In this document: in pieces, positions 62,994-64,000 of the stretch
Position numbering within the stretch: position 1 is the stretch's first letter
Layout of the letters: each line of letters opens with the position of its first letter
Assembly (NCBI RefSeq): GCF_001194135.2
Contig: NC_068984.1
Coordinates: 76,419,012-76,483,011 of the forward strand
Source of the DNA: Octopus bimaculoides
Lineage: Eukaryota
Length of the DNA: 64,000 nt
Direction: 5' to 3'
Position numbers and translations under genes: made by a program
Notes under the pieces: generated by a model
Databases searched by the model: none
Told to the model about the DNA's origin: nothing
What the model saw: the letters and a program-made list of their open reading frames with translations, nothing else

Positions 62994-63681
62994 AAAAAAA
63001 AAAATTAAATCATAGCTGCTGCCCTTTCGCCTCTAAGTCTTATTAGAAAAAGTAACAGGTATTATTTCATATTGTAGTAATGGTGGTGAGCTGACAGAAT
63101 CATTAGCTTACAGGGCGAAATACTTGGTAGCATTTCATCTGTCCTTACGTTCTGAGTTCAAATTCTGTTGAGGNNNNNNNNNNTAGATACAAAAAGATAG
63201 CTCATATCCTTAGATACAAAACTGTATGAAAAGTTTAACAATAATCAAACAAAAGTATATTTATTTAGGTACAAAATGTATGAAAGAGTACCTATATTTA
63301 GGTATAGTATTTAAAATAACTTTCAAGAGTGCAGTTGAGTCATATACTCAAATAGTTGAACACAACTATTTGTCTCTTGGGTGCAAGCATTTGGACCTAG
63401 TGTTTGTTCTAAGGATAATTTGTTACTTTGGTGTGCTGCTGGCTGTAATCCACAAGTCATGGCTTCTTTTGCCCCCCCCCCCCCAGCCTTGGAGGCTCTG
63501 CAAAAAAAAAAATTAAATCATAGCTGCTGCCCTTTCGCCTCTAAGTCTTATTAGAAAAAGTAACAGGTATTATTTCATATTGTAGTAATGGTGGTGAGCT
63601 GACAGAATCATTAGCTTACAGGGCGAAATACTTGGTAGCATTTCATCTGTCCTTACGTTCTGAGTTCAAATTCTGTTGAGG
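62994..63681 (+). repeat. Identical direct repeat of about 180 bp on either side of a 10-N gap
   Basis: 63005-63173 equals 63513-63681 base for base as read, and both follow poly-A. Copy 1 ends exactly at the gap. Confidence 0.9.
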
Positions 63682-63873
63682 TTGACTTTGTCATTTATCC
63701 TTTTGGGGTTGATAAGATAAGTCCCATTTTGAGCACTAGGGTTGATGTAATCGACTTTACCAGCTTCCCTGGAATTGCTGGTCTTGTGCCAAAATTTGAA
63801 ACTAATATTTAACTCTTGCCATTTGAAAAAAAGACTGTATTTCTATGATTCTAATTTTCTTTTGTCTCTTCAG

Positions 63874-63970
63874 CATTCCTATGGTTTTATTCAGTGTAAC
63901 GAAAGAGAGTCAAGAGTTTTCTTTCACTTCAGTGAATACAGTGGTAATGCGGAAAATGTCAAAGTTGGAG
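63874..63970 (+). CDS. CSDE1: CSDE1 exon, HSYGFIQCNERESRVFFHFSEYSGNAENVKVG (CSD1, RNP1/RNP2-like motifs)
   Basis: Acceptor TTTTGTCTCTTCAG, donor GAG|GTAAGC, phase 0/1. Matches human TSYGFIQCSERQARLFFHCSQYNGNLQDLKVG. Gene continues past the window. Confidence 0.97.
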
Positions 63971-64000
63971 GTAAGCTGATGCTTTCTATTTTATTTCAAT

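Overview
AT-rich, microsatellite- and transposon-dense animal genomic DNA with six N-gaps (20234-20243, 32921-33294, 40519-40721, 47788-47946, 55418-55746, 63174-63183). The SINE/RTE families look like those I recall from Octopus; that assignment is recognition, not a database hit. Two housekeeping genes are arranged head-to-head. CHMP2A (ESCRT-III, minus strand) has coding exons at 11546-11713 and 1161-1340, continues left of the window, and has a candidate first exon near 28.7 kb. CSDE1/UNR (plus strand) has a candidate first exon near 31.1 kb and coding exons at 58503-58541, 60390-60524 and 63874-63970, continuing right of the window. The ORF track misses the CSDE1 start exon (MSNSRKTTSPQWK). 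Nearly everything else is intron filled with tRNA-derived SINEs, RTE-type LINE pieces with (GAT)n tails, a Penelope-like element, and mariner, piggyBac-like and hAT MITEs. Best leads: an ATG-free CSDE1 leader exon with a UNR-type binding motif next to a 9-bp hairpin, plus a uORF; a variant minimal hammerhead ribozyme motif in the Penelope terminus; a perfect 20-bp intronic hairpin; two inverted RTE pairs that could form dsRNA in CSDE1 pre-mRNA; a ~13-kb CpG-retaining domain around the shared promoter; and a LINE with two nested MITEs. I see no clear evidence of a wholly new multi-gene system.
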